Shown here piece by piece: positions 36,658 through 46,301 of a DNA stretch of 64,000 nt. The notes beneath the pieces are model-generated. The model was given only the letters and a program-made list of their open reading frames with translations. It was not told the origin of the DNA and searched no databases. Both the position numbers and the translations under genes were made by a program. This stretch comes from a virus (taxonomy: Duplodnaviria > Caudoviricetes). Every line of letters begins with the position of its first letter. The stretch's first letter is position 1. The stretch is taken from positions 1 to 64,000 of the IMG/VR virus record IMGVR_UViG_3300037780_000034; one strand, given 5' to 3'.

Positions 36658-37752
36658 TTATTCGTTTTTCAATAACCATTTATTGCTGATAGTTTTAAAC
36701 ATTATAGTATTATCAGTTGTGCATTTCCAAACAAGACCTTCTCGTTCAGTTCCATTGATTATACTCTTTCCTTCTGCGAATGCAAGCATTTCTTGAACAC
36801 CATCAAAATCACGTATAGACAATTCGTCTGCAATACGTGGTGCGTGAAGTAATCCCAATTTTTCGCAAATTTCTATTCGCTTATGCGGCTCCATATATCC
36901 ATGATTATCAATATCGTAAATATTGAATACCCGAAGTTCTGGCGGAATCTTAAATTGGCCACTTTGAACATTTTGGCCAATAATTTCACCTTGAATAGAA
37001 ATATTCAAACCAAGTTCTTCTACTTTATTGATAATATCATATTTCCTTGCAATTTGCCAATATAGATTTTCTTCGGTTTCTTCCAAACTTAGGTTCCGCG
37101 AACATACATGCGATTCGTAATGATCATCCCCATATTTAAACCTAACATATGTAAAACTAGTTCCGTCTAGTTTTTCAGTTACTTCAAATTTAAGATCACG
37201 ATCTTTCCATCCCTGAATACGATTGGTAAGATTTTGAATGCGTTCTGCATCCGTCTTTGGTGAAATATGTGTTGGAAAATTTCCTTTTGCAACACCTTGT
37301 AGTTGTGCAGAAATGGGTTTTTCCCATTTTTGAATTCCAAGAATTTCTGTTAGGTCAGAACCTTCCTCAAACAGGCGAACAGGATCAGCCTCTCCAAATT
37401 TAATATAACCACCATCAAGATATTGAATATCTTCTTTTGGTATTTTGTTTATAACTTCATCAATCGGTAAAAGTAGTCCCTGTGAAACTACGCCCCGCAT
37501 TTTTTTGCTACGAAGACGTTCACCCTTTACACCATTATATTCACGTGGTTCTTTTCCATTAGATAAAAATTCCGCCAGTTCAGTTGGAATCCACGAATCA
37601 ATTTCAAAATATACCGCAAGATCATTTGCCTTATATTCACCTTTTTTAACAATTACGTACCATCCGCCTACAACAGCGATTTCAATCAAGTCAGCACCTT
37701 CGATTGGGCGAATTTCATTTATCTTGCGGATACTTGCTAGTTTACGTTCCAT
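36658..37752 (-). CDS. RNA ligase, Rnl2/DRB0094-type with N-terminal OB domain
   Basis: RKLASIRKI..I.PIEGADLIE; TEKLDGTS; QGEIIG; EGLVWK; FKTISN. Confidence 0.85.
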   Translation of the reverse strand: MERKLASIRKINEIRPIEGADLIEIAVVGGWYVIVKKGEYKANDLAVYFEIDSWIPTELAEFLSNGKEPREYNGVKGERLRSKKMRGVVSQGLLLPIDEVINKIPKEDIQYLDGGYIKFGEADPVRLFEEGSDLTEILGIQKWEKPISAQLQGVAKGNFPTHISPKTDAERIQNLTNRIQGWKDRDLKFEVTEKLDGTSFTYVRFKYGDDHYESHVCSRNLSLEETEENLYWQIARKYDIINKVEELGLNISIQGEIIGQNVQSGQFKIPPELRVFNIYDIDNHGYMEPHKRIEICEKLGLLHAPRIADELSIRDFDGVQEMLAFAEGKSIINGTEREGLVWKCTTDNTIMFKTISNKWLLKNE

Positions 37753-37778
37753 ATTATGTCTCTTTCATCTAAAATTAA

Positions 37779-38165
37779 TTATTTTTTGTAAAGAATAGGG
37801 TCGCCAAAAACATCTATTTTTCCTACATAACATAAAGCAGGAACATAAAATTTACGACCACTGGTTTGATTCGTATAGATAGAACTTGGATAGTCACTAT
37901 CTTGGCTCATTTCAACCAAATGTTCTGCCATTTCTTCACTTGTTTTGATTCCTGTGCGATAAAAGTCACTATCTTTATTATAATGAATGATAGTATCAAT
38001 CATCATTTGTTCAAATCCAAATTGAGGATATGAATGTATTGATAGATTTGTGATACAAGGGTTCGGAGCAGTATGCCGTTCATATAGAATTCCACTATAA
38101 ATTGCAAGTGCAACCGTAGCACAAGCAATGGCGGCACCAGTAAAGTATCCATAACGATCAATCAT
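37779..38165 (-). CDS. membrane-anchored hypothetical protein
   Basis: N-terminal TM segment. Confidence 0.55.
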   Translation of the reverse strand: MIDRYGYFTGAAIACATVALAIYSGILYERHTAPNPCITNLSIHSYPQFGFEQMMIDTIIHYNKDSDFYRTGIKTSEEMAEHLVEMSQDSDYPSSIYTNQTSGRKFYVPALCYVGKIDVFGDPILYKK

Positions 38166-38397
38166 TTTTCTCGGTCCATTTCAAACTATTACGCATTGCT
38201 TCATATGCTGCAATTTTTTCATCGTAGAATTTCAACATATGTTCATTGTTGATTTGTTCTCTTTCGGTTGCAGTATCTTTTTCTTTGTGGATTTTTACTA
38301 TGAATTCCATTTTCATAAGAAGACATTGTGATATTGCGTCCTGAAAAAGGGTTCCAAGATAATCACTGTCTTCATATTCCATTATTACTTTTGTCAT
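38158..38397 (-). CDS. hypothetical protein
   Basis: ORF in operon. Confidence 0.55.
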   Translation of the reverse strand: MTKVIMEYEDSDYLGTLFQDAISQCLLMKMEFIVKIHKEKDTATEREQINNEHMLKFYDEKIAAYEAMRNSLKWTEKND

Positions 38398-38810
38398 ACT
38401 GATTCTTTTTCTGGACGAACACGTTCAATATATTCTTCTATAGTATAAATTTGAAATCCCGATCTTTCAAATGCTTCTTGTTTTTCGCAAGTCATTGTTT
38501 CATCAAATAAGGCAATATTATATCCAAATACAATAAAATTGCTTATGTATGGATTATTTTCATAGAATTCATTGAGTTTAATATGATATTCTTTATACTG
38601 TTTTTCGCCAGCATTTGCTGATTTTGGACGAAATTGTTCATCAATTTGTTTCCGATCTTCTCGGTATTTTGTTTCGTATGCAACATATGTATCAAAAGCT
38701 TTGCTGATTTCTTCATACAATGATTTTTTGGATTCTGCATCAATTGCATACACATGCTCGCAATATGAGTCATATTCGCCAGTATTGTAAGTTACAAAAA
38801 ATGTTTCCAT
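38394..38810 (-). CDS. hypothetical protein
   Basis: ORF in operon. Confidence 0.6.
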   Translation of the reverse strand: METFFVTYNTGEYDSYCEHVYAIDAESKKSLYEEISKAFDTYVAYETKYREDRKQIDEQFRPKSANAGEKQYKEYHIKLNEFYENNPYISNFIVFGYNIALFDETMTCEKQEAFERSGFQIYTIEEYIERVRPEKESV

Positions 38811-38815
38811 AATAT

Positions 38816-39079
38816 TTACCCCGGTAATCCTTTAACAAAATGTGCCAACCAAATTCGTTTCGCAAGGTCTTCATCAAACTGTGCAACAACTTCTACCATA
38901 TTTGTTTTCAGTGTGACTGCTTTGTTGCAAGAACAAAGTCGTTCCCCTTTTGCTGGCCCCATGCATCCACACGCACCATAGAAGACTTGATAATTAATCA
39001 ATCCTTCTTCGCCCTTGCGGGCAAGAATCCGTTTTGCAAGATCAACCAATTCAGGAAGTGAAAATTCATCAAACATCAT
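38816..39079 (-). CDS. small Cys-rich protein
   Basis: ACGCMGPAKGERLCSC. Confidence 0.6.
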   Translation of the reverse strand: MMFDEFSLPELVDLAKRILARKGEEGLINYQVFYGACGCMGPAKGERLCSCNKAVTLKTNMVEVVAQFDEDLAKRIWLAHFVKGLPG

Positions 39080-39392
39080 ATACTTCCTTTCCGATTAGTT
39101 CAAGTTCGATTACTGAATTTTTTATAGTTTCATAAGACTTTAACAATTTTTTATTAATTTTTTGTTGTTCTTCTAATTTTTTCAATAAGTTATCTCTTTC
39201 ACTTTTATAAGGATTTATATTATTTTGATACTTATTAAAATAATATGACCTTTCTTTTTTGAGATAATTTATTCGTTCATATGCTTCTTTAAGAAGTTTT
39301 GCTTCTGTCATTTTTCCTTTTTGAACAAGCCATATGCCATTTTCTGCCATATATAATTTTTGAATTTTTTCTTCAACACTTAGGTCTGACAT
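39069..39392 (-). CDS. coiled-coil hypothetical protein
   Basis: ORF in operon. Confidence 0.55.
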   Translation of the reverse strand: MSDLSVEEKIQKLYMAENGIWLVQKGKMTEAKLLKEAYERINYLKKERSYYFNKYQNNINPYKSERDNLLKKLEEQQKINKKLLKSYETIKNSVIELELIGKEVYDV

Positions 39393-39407
39393 TTTATATC
39401 CTTTTGA

Positions 39408-39602
39408 TTATTTGTTTGCAACATACTTATTCCATATATAGGTGATCACATATGGTATTGATAAAAAGATTGCAAGTGACCCAAATACAATTATTAACAA
39501 GATAAAAAGTTCAAATGTATATATTGCAGTAACTATTAATCCTATAGCAAAGAGCATCAAAATCCAAACAATACCTACAGTATTAACGTCAAGCTTTTTC
39601 AT
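39408..39602 (-). CDS. small membrane protein
   Basis: Two TM segments; start reassigned to MKKLD. Confidence 0.5.
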   Translation of the reverse strand: MKKLDVNTVGIVWILMLFAIGLIVTAIYTFELFILLIIVFGSLAIFLSIPYVITYIWNKYVANK

Positions 39603-39743
39603 TTCAAACATACTTTCTTTTATAGTGCATTTACGAATCACACTATATATTACGTGTTTATCTGTGTCAAGCATAAAACCACTTTCTAAAAAAGTCAATA
39701 AAATAATAAATACCATTAAAGAAATCCAAAGGAGATTAAAAAT

Positions 39744-40349
39744 ATGGCTATTCTAACAAATATGAGTGTTCCTACCACCAGTGGAAATAACTTGCTACTT
39801 ATGCCAAAGTTGCAAAACAGATTTCGTGTTTCGTTCTTATTTGATAATGCGCAAATAATAACTGGAAACGTGGTTAGTGTTACCCGTCCTACTTTAACAT
39901 TTGAAGAAGTTCAATTACACGCATATAATTCAAGGGTTTATGTTGCTGGTAAACACGAATGGAATGCTGTTACTGTTGTCATTCGTGATGATGTAAATAG
40001 TCAAACAATTCGTGAACTTGATCGTCAGTTAAATAGACAAATTGATATGGCAAGCCAAAGCACACCTACTGCGGCTTCTGCTTTTAAATTTGTAACACAA
40101 ATTGAGACATTAGATGGAACAAACGGAACAGACCCCGGTGTATTGGATCAGTGGAGTTTAGTAGGAACATTTATTCAGAATATAGAATACGGAAACAATG
40201 ATTATAGTGATTCTACTCCAATTCAAGTTAGTGTTACCTTAAGATATGATAGTGCCATACATAGCATACCTGGTGATGATGATACACTTAGCGGACAATT
40301 CGTTCAAACAAATGAACAGAACGCAACTGGTGGTGGTGTCGGTCAGTAA
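39744..40349 (+). CDS. gp19: tail tube protein (gp19-like)
   Basis: LMPKLQNRFRV, RPTLTFEE, HEWNAVTVVIRDD, W.LVG.FIQ..EYG; AATAAATA at 39705-39712. Confidence 0.8.
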   Translation: MAILTNMSVPTTSGNNLLLMPKLQNRFRVSFLFDNAQIITGNVVSVTRPTLTFEEVQLHAYNSRVYVAGKHEWNAVTVVIRDDVNSQTIRELDRQLNRQIDMASQSTPTAASAFKFVTQIETLDGTNGTDPGVLDQWSLVGTFIQNIEYGNNDYSDSTPIQVSVTLRYDSAIHSIPGDDDTLSGQFVQTNEQNATGGGVGQ

Positions 40350-40366
40350 TATTAGTATATAAGTAA

Positions 40367-41173
40367 ATGTCAATAACAGTTGCAAATCAATTTTATGGAA
40401 GTATGGACCACGGAGGGGATTTAGTTAATCCCTCTCCAATGGTTAGTTCACCACGTTTAAAATTTAAATATACTGCTACTTTTGAAGGATTTGAAAGCGT
40501 TAATGTGCCATTTCCATTAAAATCTGTAACTATACCAGATATATCATTTGAAACAAAAGTAGTTCAACAATATAATATAAAAAGAGTAGTTCAACAAAAA
40601 ATAAATTATGGGCAAGCTACTATGACATTAGTAGATACATTTGATAATAGATTTACAGATAATATATATATCCCATATGTATCTAATTACTATAATAATG
40701 GAAAAGGTATAAGTTTACCAAATACATCTATCCAGCCCAGTCAAAAATCTCCCGTAATAGGAGACTTTTCAACAACATTAGGATATACTGCACCATCTAA
40801 TACGAATAGGTTTAATATTCCTTCTATAAAAATAGCATTAGATGGTGGACCTAATCCAAAAGTTTATACATTACATAATTGCTTTTTTGTTACCATTAAT
40901 AATGACACTCTTGATTATGAACAAAGTCAGCCTGTTATGTATACTTTAACTATACAACCAGAATTAATAACTATATCTACCCCATTTTCGGATACGGTAA
41001 GTGATGGAACTCAGGAAGAGCCTCAAGAACCGTTTATATTGATTCCTGCTCCTTTTGTAAATGATGAAAATACATTTTTGGAAAGTTTACAAACTACTAC
41101 AACAACACCAACATTATTAGACGTTGTGGAGTCCCAACTGGATCAGGCAAATATAAATTTTAATATTGCATAA
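40367..41173 (+). CDS. tail-tube-like baseplate protein (gp48/gp54-like)
   Basis: PRLKFKY, SVTIPDISFET..QYN, Y.LHNCF, LDYE; next to tube gene. Confidence 0.55.
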   Translation: MSITVANQFYGSMDHGGDLVNPSPMVSSPRLKFKYTATFEGFESVNVPFPLKSVTIPDISFETKVVQQYNIKRVVQQKINYGQATMTLVDTFDNRFTDNIYIPYVSNYYNNGKGISLPNTSIQPSQKSPVIGDFSTTLGYTAPSNTNRFNIPSIKIALDGGPNPKVYTLHNCFFVTINNDTLDYEQSQPVMYTLTIQPELITISTPFSDTVSDGTQEEPQEPFILIPAPFVNDENTFLESLQTTTTTPTLLDVVESQLDQANINFNIA

Positions 41174-41201
41174 TTTGTAAATAATACTAAAGGATATAAA
41201 A

Positions 41202-41636
41202 ATGTCTACTAAGTATTATCAAGGATATTATGAATTAAAAAATCCATCAAAATATGTTGGAAAAAATAAACCATATTTTAGATCGTCTTGGGAAAAGCAC
41301 GTTATGAAAATGTTTGATGAACATCCCAGTATAACATTATGGGCGAGTGAATCCATAAGAATTCCATATAGAAATCCTTATACAAACAAAATGACTACAT
41401 ATGTTCCAGATTTTTTAATAATATATGTTGATCAAGATGGAAATAAAAAAGCAGAATTGATTGAAGTTAAACCACATAATCAAATATTAGGAAATTCAAA
41501 AAGAAAACGCGATAAACATTTTGCATTATTGAATGAAGAAAAATGGAAAATGGCAAGATTATGGTGCAAAGAACAAGGTATGGAATTTAGAATAATAACT
41601 GAAAATGAAATTTTTAGATCACCGAAAAAAGGATAA
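41202..41636 (+). CDS. gp4: head completion nuclease (gp4-like, TnsA fold)
   Basis: YFRSSWE, WASESI.IPY, YVPDF, ELIEVKP. Confidence 0.85.
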   Translation: MSTKYYQGYYELKNPSKYVGKNKPYFRSSWEKHVMKMFDEHPSITLWASESIRIPYRNPYTNKMTTYVPDFLIIYVDQDGNKKAELIEVKPHNQILGNSKRKRDKHFALLNEEKWKMARLWCKEQGMEFRIITENEIFRSPKKG

Positions 41637-41639
41637 TTT

Positions 41640-42203
41640 ATGAAACATAAACTTGAAGAAATATTAAATTTACCAGAATATAATGAAACATCTGATGAAT
41701 TTAAAATTGATATATCAGAAGATGAAGAAGATACCCAAGAGTTAAATACGTATGATATTCAAGATTTGCAAGACATTTATTTGGAAATAGATAAGATAGA
41801 TCAATCTTTAGGAACAGTTCGCGGATTGGATATGCTAGACAGCGAAATGGATGATCTTGCTAACAAATCATTAGATACATTTGATAAACTTATAAAGATG
41901 GGTGATCAATTAGAAGATAGACATATAGCTTCTGTATATGATGCAGCATCTAAACTTATGGGAAATGCTATAAGTGCAAAACAATCAAAGATGGATAGAA
42001 AATTAAAGGCTATACAATTGCAAATACAAAAAGCAAAAGTAGATCACGAAAACAGAAAATTAGATTTCAAAATAAAAGAAAGAAGAGATAGAGGTGATGA
42101 TGCAAGACCATTAGAAGGAAATGCAGAATCTATAGAAATAAGTAGAACTGAATTACTAAGACAAATTCTTTCAAAAAATATAAATAATTCAAAAGAGGGA
42201 TAA
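41640..42203 (+). CDS. helical protein, possible small terminase
   Basis: Helical; upstream of large terminase; context only. Confidence 0.4.
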   Translation: MKHKLEEILNLPEYNETSDEFKIDISEDEEDTQELNTYDIQDLQDIYLEIDKIDQSLGTVRGLDMLDSEMDDLANKSLDTFDKLIKMGDQLEDRHIASVYDAASKLMGNAISAKQSKMDRKLKAIQLQIQKAKVDHENRKLDFKIKERRDRGDDARPLEGNAESIEISRTELLRQILSKNINNSKEG

Positions 42204-42206
42204 AAA

Positions 42207-42737
42207 ATGAAAAGATTGCATCATTACTTAATGGAAAGTCAAAAAATAAACGAGTTTCGTCTTAAAACTATTGTAGAACTTTCAGAAGATCAATTAGATA
42301 AACTTGAAAGTCATTTAAGAAAATACGAAGCATTTGATATAGAAACTCCAAAAAGAACTATATTACAATCTGCTCCTTTAGATTTTTATAACAGAGGGTC
42401 AAATGAAGTGTATATAATAGATTTTAAAACTAAACTTCCATTATCCCCAACTGTTTTGGTAAATGAATTAGTTTCAAAATTAGGAATATCAGAAGGTGAT
42501 GTTCGTGTTAGAAATCGTGCAGAACCTGCTGAAGAACTTGATCAAATACACAGAGAAGAAAATGTAGAAGGTTATAAAGAACCAAACTATAAGCCAAGAT
42601 TGCTTGATCCTGATTATAAAGAATATAAAAATCCAAAAGCAGAAGATTATCACGGAGAAAAACATAAAACTAAATTTTTGCGTGATATAGAAAAATCAAG
42701 AAAAGATTTAACAAAAGAATACAAGATAAAAAAATAA
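42207..42737 (+). CDS. conserved hypothetical, possible head protein
   Basis: MKRLHHYLMES start resembles a head-targeting signal. Confidence 0.6.
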   Translation: MKRLHHYLMESQKINEFRLKTIVELSEDQLDKLESHLRKYEAFDIETPKRTILQSAPLDFYNRGSNEVYIIDFKTKLPLSPTVLVNELVSKLGISEGDVRVRNRAEPAEELDQIHREENVEGYKEPNYKPRLLDPDYKEYKNPKAEDYHGEKHKTKFLRDIEKSRKDLTKEYKIKK

Positions 42738-42749
42738 TAGGAGAAAAAT

Positions 42750-43187
42750 ATGACAATTACGATAAATGCAGATTCTGTTGAAGAATTAAAATATTTAGCA
42801 GGATTGATTAACAAAAGTGATACTATGCAAAATGATCCTGTTATTGATGATCCAAAAGTTAATTCTTACAGTGATAATGATATGATGCCTATGCCTACTA
42901 AAGCTGCTGCTCCTTGTGGAACATCCGATCCTATGAGCGACATATTGTCAAAATTAAAAAATATAGAAGCACGTGATCCAAAATTAGTTGGAGAAGAATG
43001 GGCAAACAGCACAGATTCTTTTGACGGAGAACCAAGAGAATTAGAACAGCCAAAAGGTGAAATAGTTGATACAAGTTTAAGACGCTATCTTAAAGCAAAA
43101 GGCGATCACGTTACGGTTGATGAAGGAACCCACACTATACATTCAATGGTAGAATCATATAATAAATTTAAAAATAACACAAAATAA
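42750..43187 (+). CDS. hypothetical protein
   Basis: ORF with AGGAG RBS. Confidence 0.65.
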   Translation: MTITINADSVEELKYLAGLINKSDTMQNDPVIDDPKVNSYSDNDMMPMPTKAAAPCGTSDPMSDILSKLKNIEARDPKLVGEEWANSTDSFDGEPRELEQPKGEIVDTSLRRYLKAKGDHVTVDEGTHTIHSMVESYNKFKNNTK

Positions 43188-43217
43188 CACAAAATAACAC
43201 AAAATAACACAAAATAA
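43171..43217. repeat. 4.7 x 10-bp tandem repeat AAAATAACAC
   Basis: Read directly; spans the stop codon. Confidence 0.9.
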
Positions 43218-43277
43218 TATATAATAAACTAAAAAATCTGGCTTGGTCAGATTTTTTAATGACATAAATTAGTTATC

Positions 43278-43285
43278 TATAAATA
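43278..43285 (+). promoter_or_regulatory. T4-type late promoter
   Basis: TATAAATA upstream of terminase. Confidence 0.7.
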
Positions 43286-43309
43286 TAATTAAATATCAAG
43301 GATAATAAA

Positions 43310-44884
43310 ATGTCAACTGTCAATAATTCATTAATAAAAATACCACACAAAGATGATATATTAAATGCTCATCAAATAACGGAATTTGCAAAATGTGTAG
43401 AAGACCCAAAGTATTTTATAAAAAATTATTGTTATCTACAACATCCAACAAAAGGCAAAATGAAGTTTTCATTATATGAATATCAAGAGAGACTCATTGA
43501 TGTATATCACGGATACAGAAATAGTATAAGTATGTTGCCTAGACAAAGTGGCAAATCACAATGTGCTGCTGCATATTTGCTATGGTATGCAATGTTTAAA
43601 CCAGATAGCACTATTCTTATAGCTGCTCACGTCTTCCGTGGTGCACAAGAAATTATGGGAAGAATACGTTTCATTTATGAAAATATTCCAAACCATATTC
43701 GTGCTGGTGTTGTTGCATATAATCGTGGTAGTATAGAATTTGATAATGGTAGTAGAATTGTTGCACAAGCCACAACAGAAAATACAGGTCGTGGTATGGC
43801 ACTTACCCTTGTATATTTGGACGAATTTGCATTCGTTGGACCTAATATTGCAAGCGAATTTTGGACTTCACTTAGTCCTACTTTATCAACAGGTGGGCGT
43901 TGTATAATAACCAGCACACCTAACCAAGACAATGATCAATTTGCACAAATTTGGCATCAAGCTAATAAAAATATTGATGAATTTGGTAACGAGCGTGATG
44001 TAGGCATTAATGGATTCAAACATTTTATTGCACATTGGAATGAACATCCTGATCGTGATGAAAAATGGGCAGAAGAAGAACGTGGAAAGATTGGCGATGA
44101 AAGATTTTTAAGAGAATTTGAATTAAAGTTTATTGCATATGATGAAACACTAATAAACAGTATATTTTTAAGTAATATGTTTGAAGGATTTGAACCAAAT
44201 CATAAAACAGGTCAAGTAAGATGGTATAAACCAATTCAAGATGATAAAACTTATATAGTATCACTTGACCCGAGTCTCGGGACTGGTGGTGATTATTCTG
44301 CGATACAAGTATTAATATTACCAGACCTTGAACAAGTTGCAGAATGGCAAAGTAATATGACTCCTATAAAAGGACAAATAACAGTATTAAAACAAATTTG
44401 TGAATATATTAAATCTGAAACAAAGGCAAGTGAAATATATTGGAGTGTAGAAAACAATAGTATTGGTGAAGCTTGCTTAGTAACTATACAAGAATTAGGT
44501 GAAGAAAATATTCCCGGTTTATTTTTGTCACAACCTAAGAAGATGGACGGTATTAAAAAATCTAAAAAATATAGAAAAGGATTTACTACTACTCATACCA
44601 GCAAACTTGCTGCTTGTGCAAGATTAAAAAATTGGATTGAAAGTGACAAATTAAAAATAAATAGTAAAAATTTAGTTAGAGAATTAAAAACATTTGTTTC
44701 CAGAGGAACAACATATAAAGCAAAAGAAGGCGAAACTGATGATCTAGTTATGGCACTTATATTAAGTGTAAGAATGATAGAAGTTATTGCCAGATATGAC
44801 GAAGATATGTTTGAAGATATAAAAAATACATTTGATGACGACGACGAATATTATAATGAACCAATGCCGGTTGGATTTTTATAA
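43310..44884 (+). CDS. gp17: terminase large subunit
   Basis: PRQSGKS Walker A, VYLDEFAF Walker B, ITSTPN, SLDPS.G.GGDYS, DDLVMAL. Confidence 0.95.
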   Translation: MSTVNNSLIKIPHKDDILNAHQITEFAKCVEDPKYFIKNYCYLQHPTKGKMKFSLYEYQERLIDVYHGYRNSISMLPRQSGKSQCAAAYLLWYAMFKPDSTILIAAHVFRGAQEIMGRIRFIYENIPNHIRAGVVAYNRGSIEFDNGSRIVAQATTENTGRGMALTLVYLDEFAFVGPNIASEFWTSLSPTLSTGGRCIITSTPNQDNDQFAQIWHQANKNIDEFGNERDVGINGFKHFIAHWNEHPDRDEKWAEEERGKIGDERFLREFELKFIAYDETLINSIFLSNMFEGFEPNHKTGQVRWYKPIQDDKTYIVSLDPSLGTGGDYSAIQVLILPDLEQVAEWQSNMTPIKGQITVLKQICEYIKSETKASEIYWSVENNSIGEACLVTIQELGEENIPGLFLSQPKKMDGIKKSKKYRKGFTTTHTSKLAACARLKNWIESDKLKINSKNLVRELKTFVSRGTTYKAKEGETDDLVMALILSVRMIEVIARYDEDMFEDIKNTFDDDDEYYNEPMPVGFL

Positions 44885-44908
44885 ATAATATAATAAAAAG
44901 GATTCAAA

Positions 44909-46204
44909 ATGGCAATAGACGTAAGTAAACTTTCTGAAAAAGTATTTAAAGCATTAAAATCTTATCAACTTTCTTTAACTTTGTATACTGATACTGGGGA
45001 ATCAACTGTGTCACCAAGCGAAGCAACCAGATTTTATAACGAAGAAAACAACATTATGGTTAATTTAGAGTTATCACAAGATATATATAAATTAAAAGTT
45101 AATATTGGTAACAAAAATGATATAAATGATATACGTCCATTGCTAGATATACTTAAAAACATTGCAAAAACTTATAATATACAATATTTTTTAAGAACTT
45201 ATAACAAAAAAATAACACCAAAAGATTTTTCATATCAATCAATTACTAAACCAGTTACCGAAGGATTTACTAAACCTTGGGGAACGGTAAAGACCAGTCG
45301 TAGAAAATTTGAAAATGCAACTTTGTATATAAAGCACAGCAAAAGAGTAGATGAACAAAAAAGAGGAAGTCGTTCTCGTAATATTAAATCTATGTTCATA
45401 GAAAATTCAGAAGGAGAAAGATTTAAATTTCCTTATAAAAATATATCTGCTGCAAAGTCAATGTGTATTCATATCAATGAAGGCGGAACACCATATGACG
45501 AAGCAGGAAGAGCAATATTAAATATAACAAAAGAACACGAGCAATTAAAAGAATATTATTTTAAAGTAACAAAGCAAGGTTCTTTGAATGAAAATGCTAC
45601 CCTGCTAATAGAAAAAATTAAAGATAGAATTTTTGAGTTAAAAACAAAAATAAAATCTATGAACAGTAAATCAGGATATAAAAACTTTTTTGAAAATTAT
45701 TCAGAAAATGTGTCAGAAAGTGATTTTTCTGTTGACATATTACAAGAGTATGATATAGTATCAGAAGATATAAACGAAGAAGTAATACCATACTTGAAAA
45801 GTATAGCACACAACCTAAAAGAATCTACTGAAAAAGAAAAAAGTTTAGAAGACTTTTTTAAGCAATTTGCAAACGGAAAAGAATTCATAATATCTTCTCC
45901 GATTGTAAACACTGATCCAGATAATCCGGTAAATCTTAAGTTTAATGATATTAAATCAAGATTATCTTCTTTGTCTGGATATCTATCAACTTTGGCATCT
46001 GACCAAGATACATCTAATTATTTAAGACAACTAAGTGATGATGTTTATCGTTTCGGAAAAAAACACATAGATTTTGCAGAAAAACTATTGACATTTCTGA
46101 AAAATTATGCTAAAGTTAATTCAGATTTAGAGATTAAAAAAGAATCAATTTCTGAATCTGCGGTTAACAAAGTTATTAAAGAATTAAATAAATTTGATTT
46201 ATGA
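44909..46204 (+). CDS. conserved hypothetical (likely structural) protein
   Basis: TATAAATA at 44880-44887; RSRNIKSMFIENSEGERFKFP. Confidence 0.7.
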   Translation: MAIDVSKLSEKVFKALKSYQLSLTLYTDTGESTVSPSEATRFYNEENNIMVNLELSQDIYKLKVNIGNKNDINDIRPLLDILKNIAKTYNIQYFLRTYNKKITPKDFSYQSITKPVTEGFTKPWGTVKTSRRKFENATLYIKHSKRVDEQKRGSRSRNIKSMFIENSEGERFKFPYKNISAAKSMCIHINEGGTPYDEAGRAILNITKEHEQLKEYYFKVTKQGSLNENATLLIEKIKDRIFELKTKIKSMNSKSGYKNFFENYSENVSESDFSVDILQEYDIVSEDINEEVIPYLKSIAHNLKESTEKEKSLEDFFKQFANGKEFIISSPIVNTDPDNPVNLKFNDIKSRLSSLSGYLSTLASDQDTSNYLRQLSDDVYRFGKKHIDFAEKLLTFLKNYAKVNSDLEIKKESISESAVNKVIKELNKFDL

Positions 46205-46292
46205 CTAACATTAACTAATATAGACTAATATAGACTAATATAGACTAACATTAACTAATATAAACTAATATGGCTAACATTAACTAATATAG
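46204..46292 (+). repeat. about 9 x 10-nt repeat leader of SSB gene (putative translational operator)
   Basis: ACTAATATAG / ACTAACATTA units running into the AGGAG RBS. Confidence 0.75.
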
Positions 46293-46301
46293 GAGAAAAT
46301 A

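Noticed and set aside
41640-42203. Firm small-terminase call
   Set aside because: Only position and helical character support it; left at low confidence
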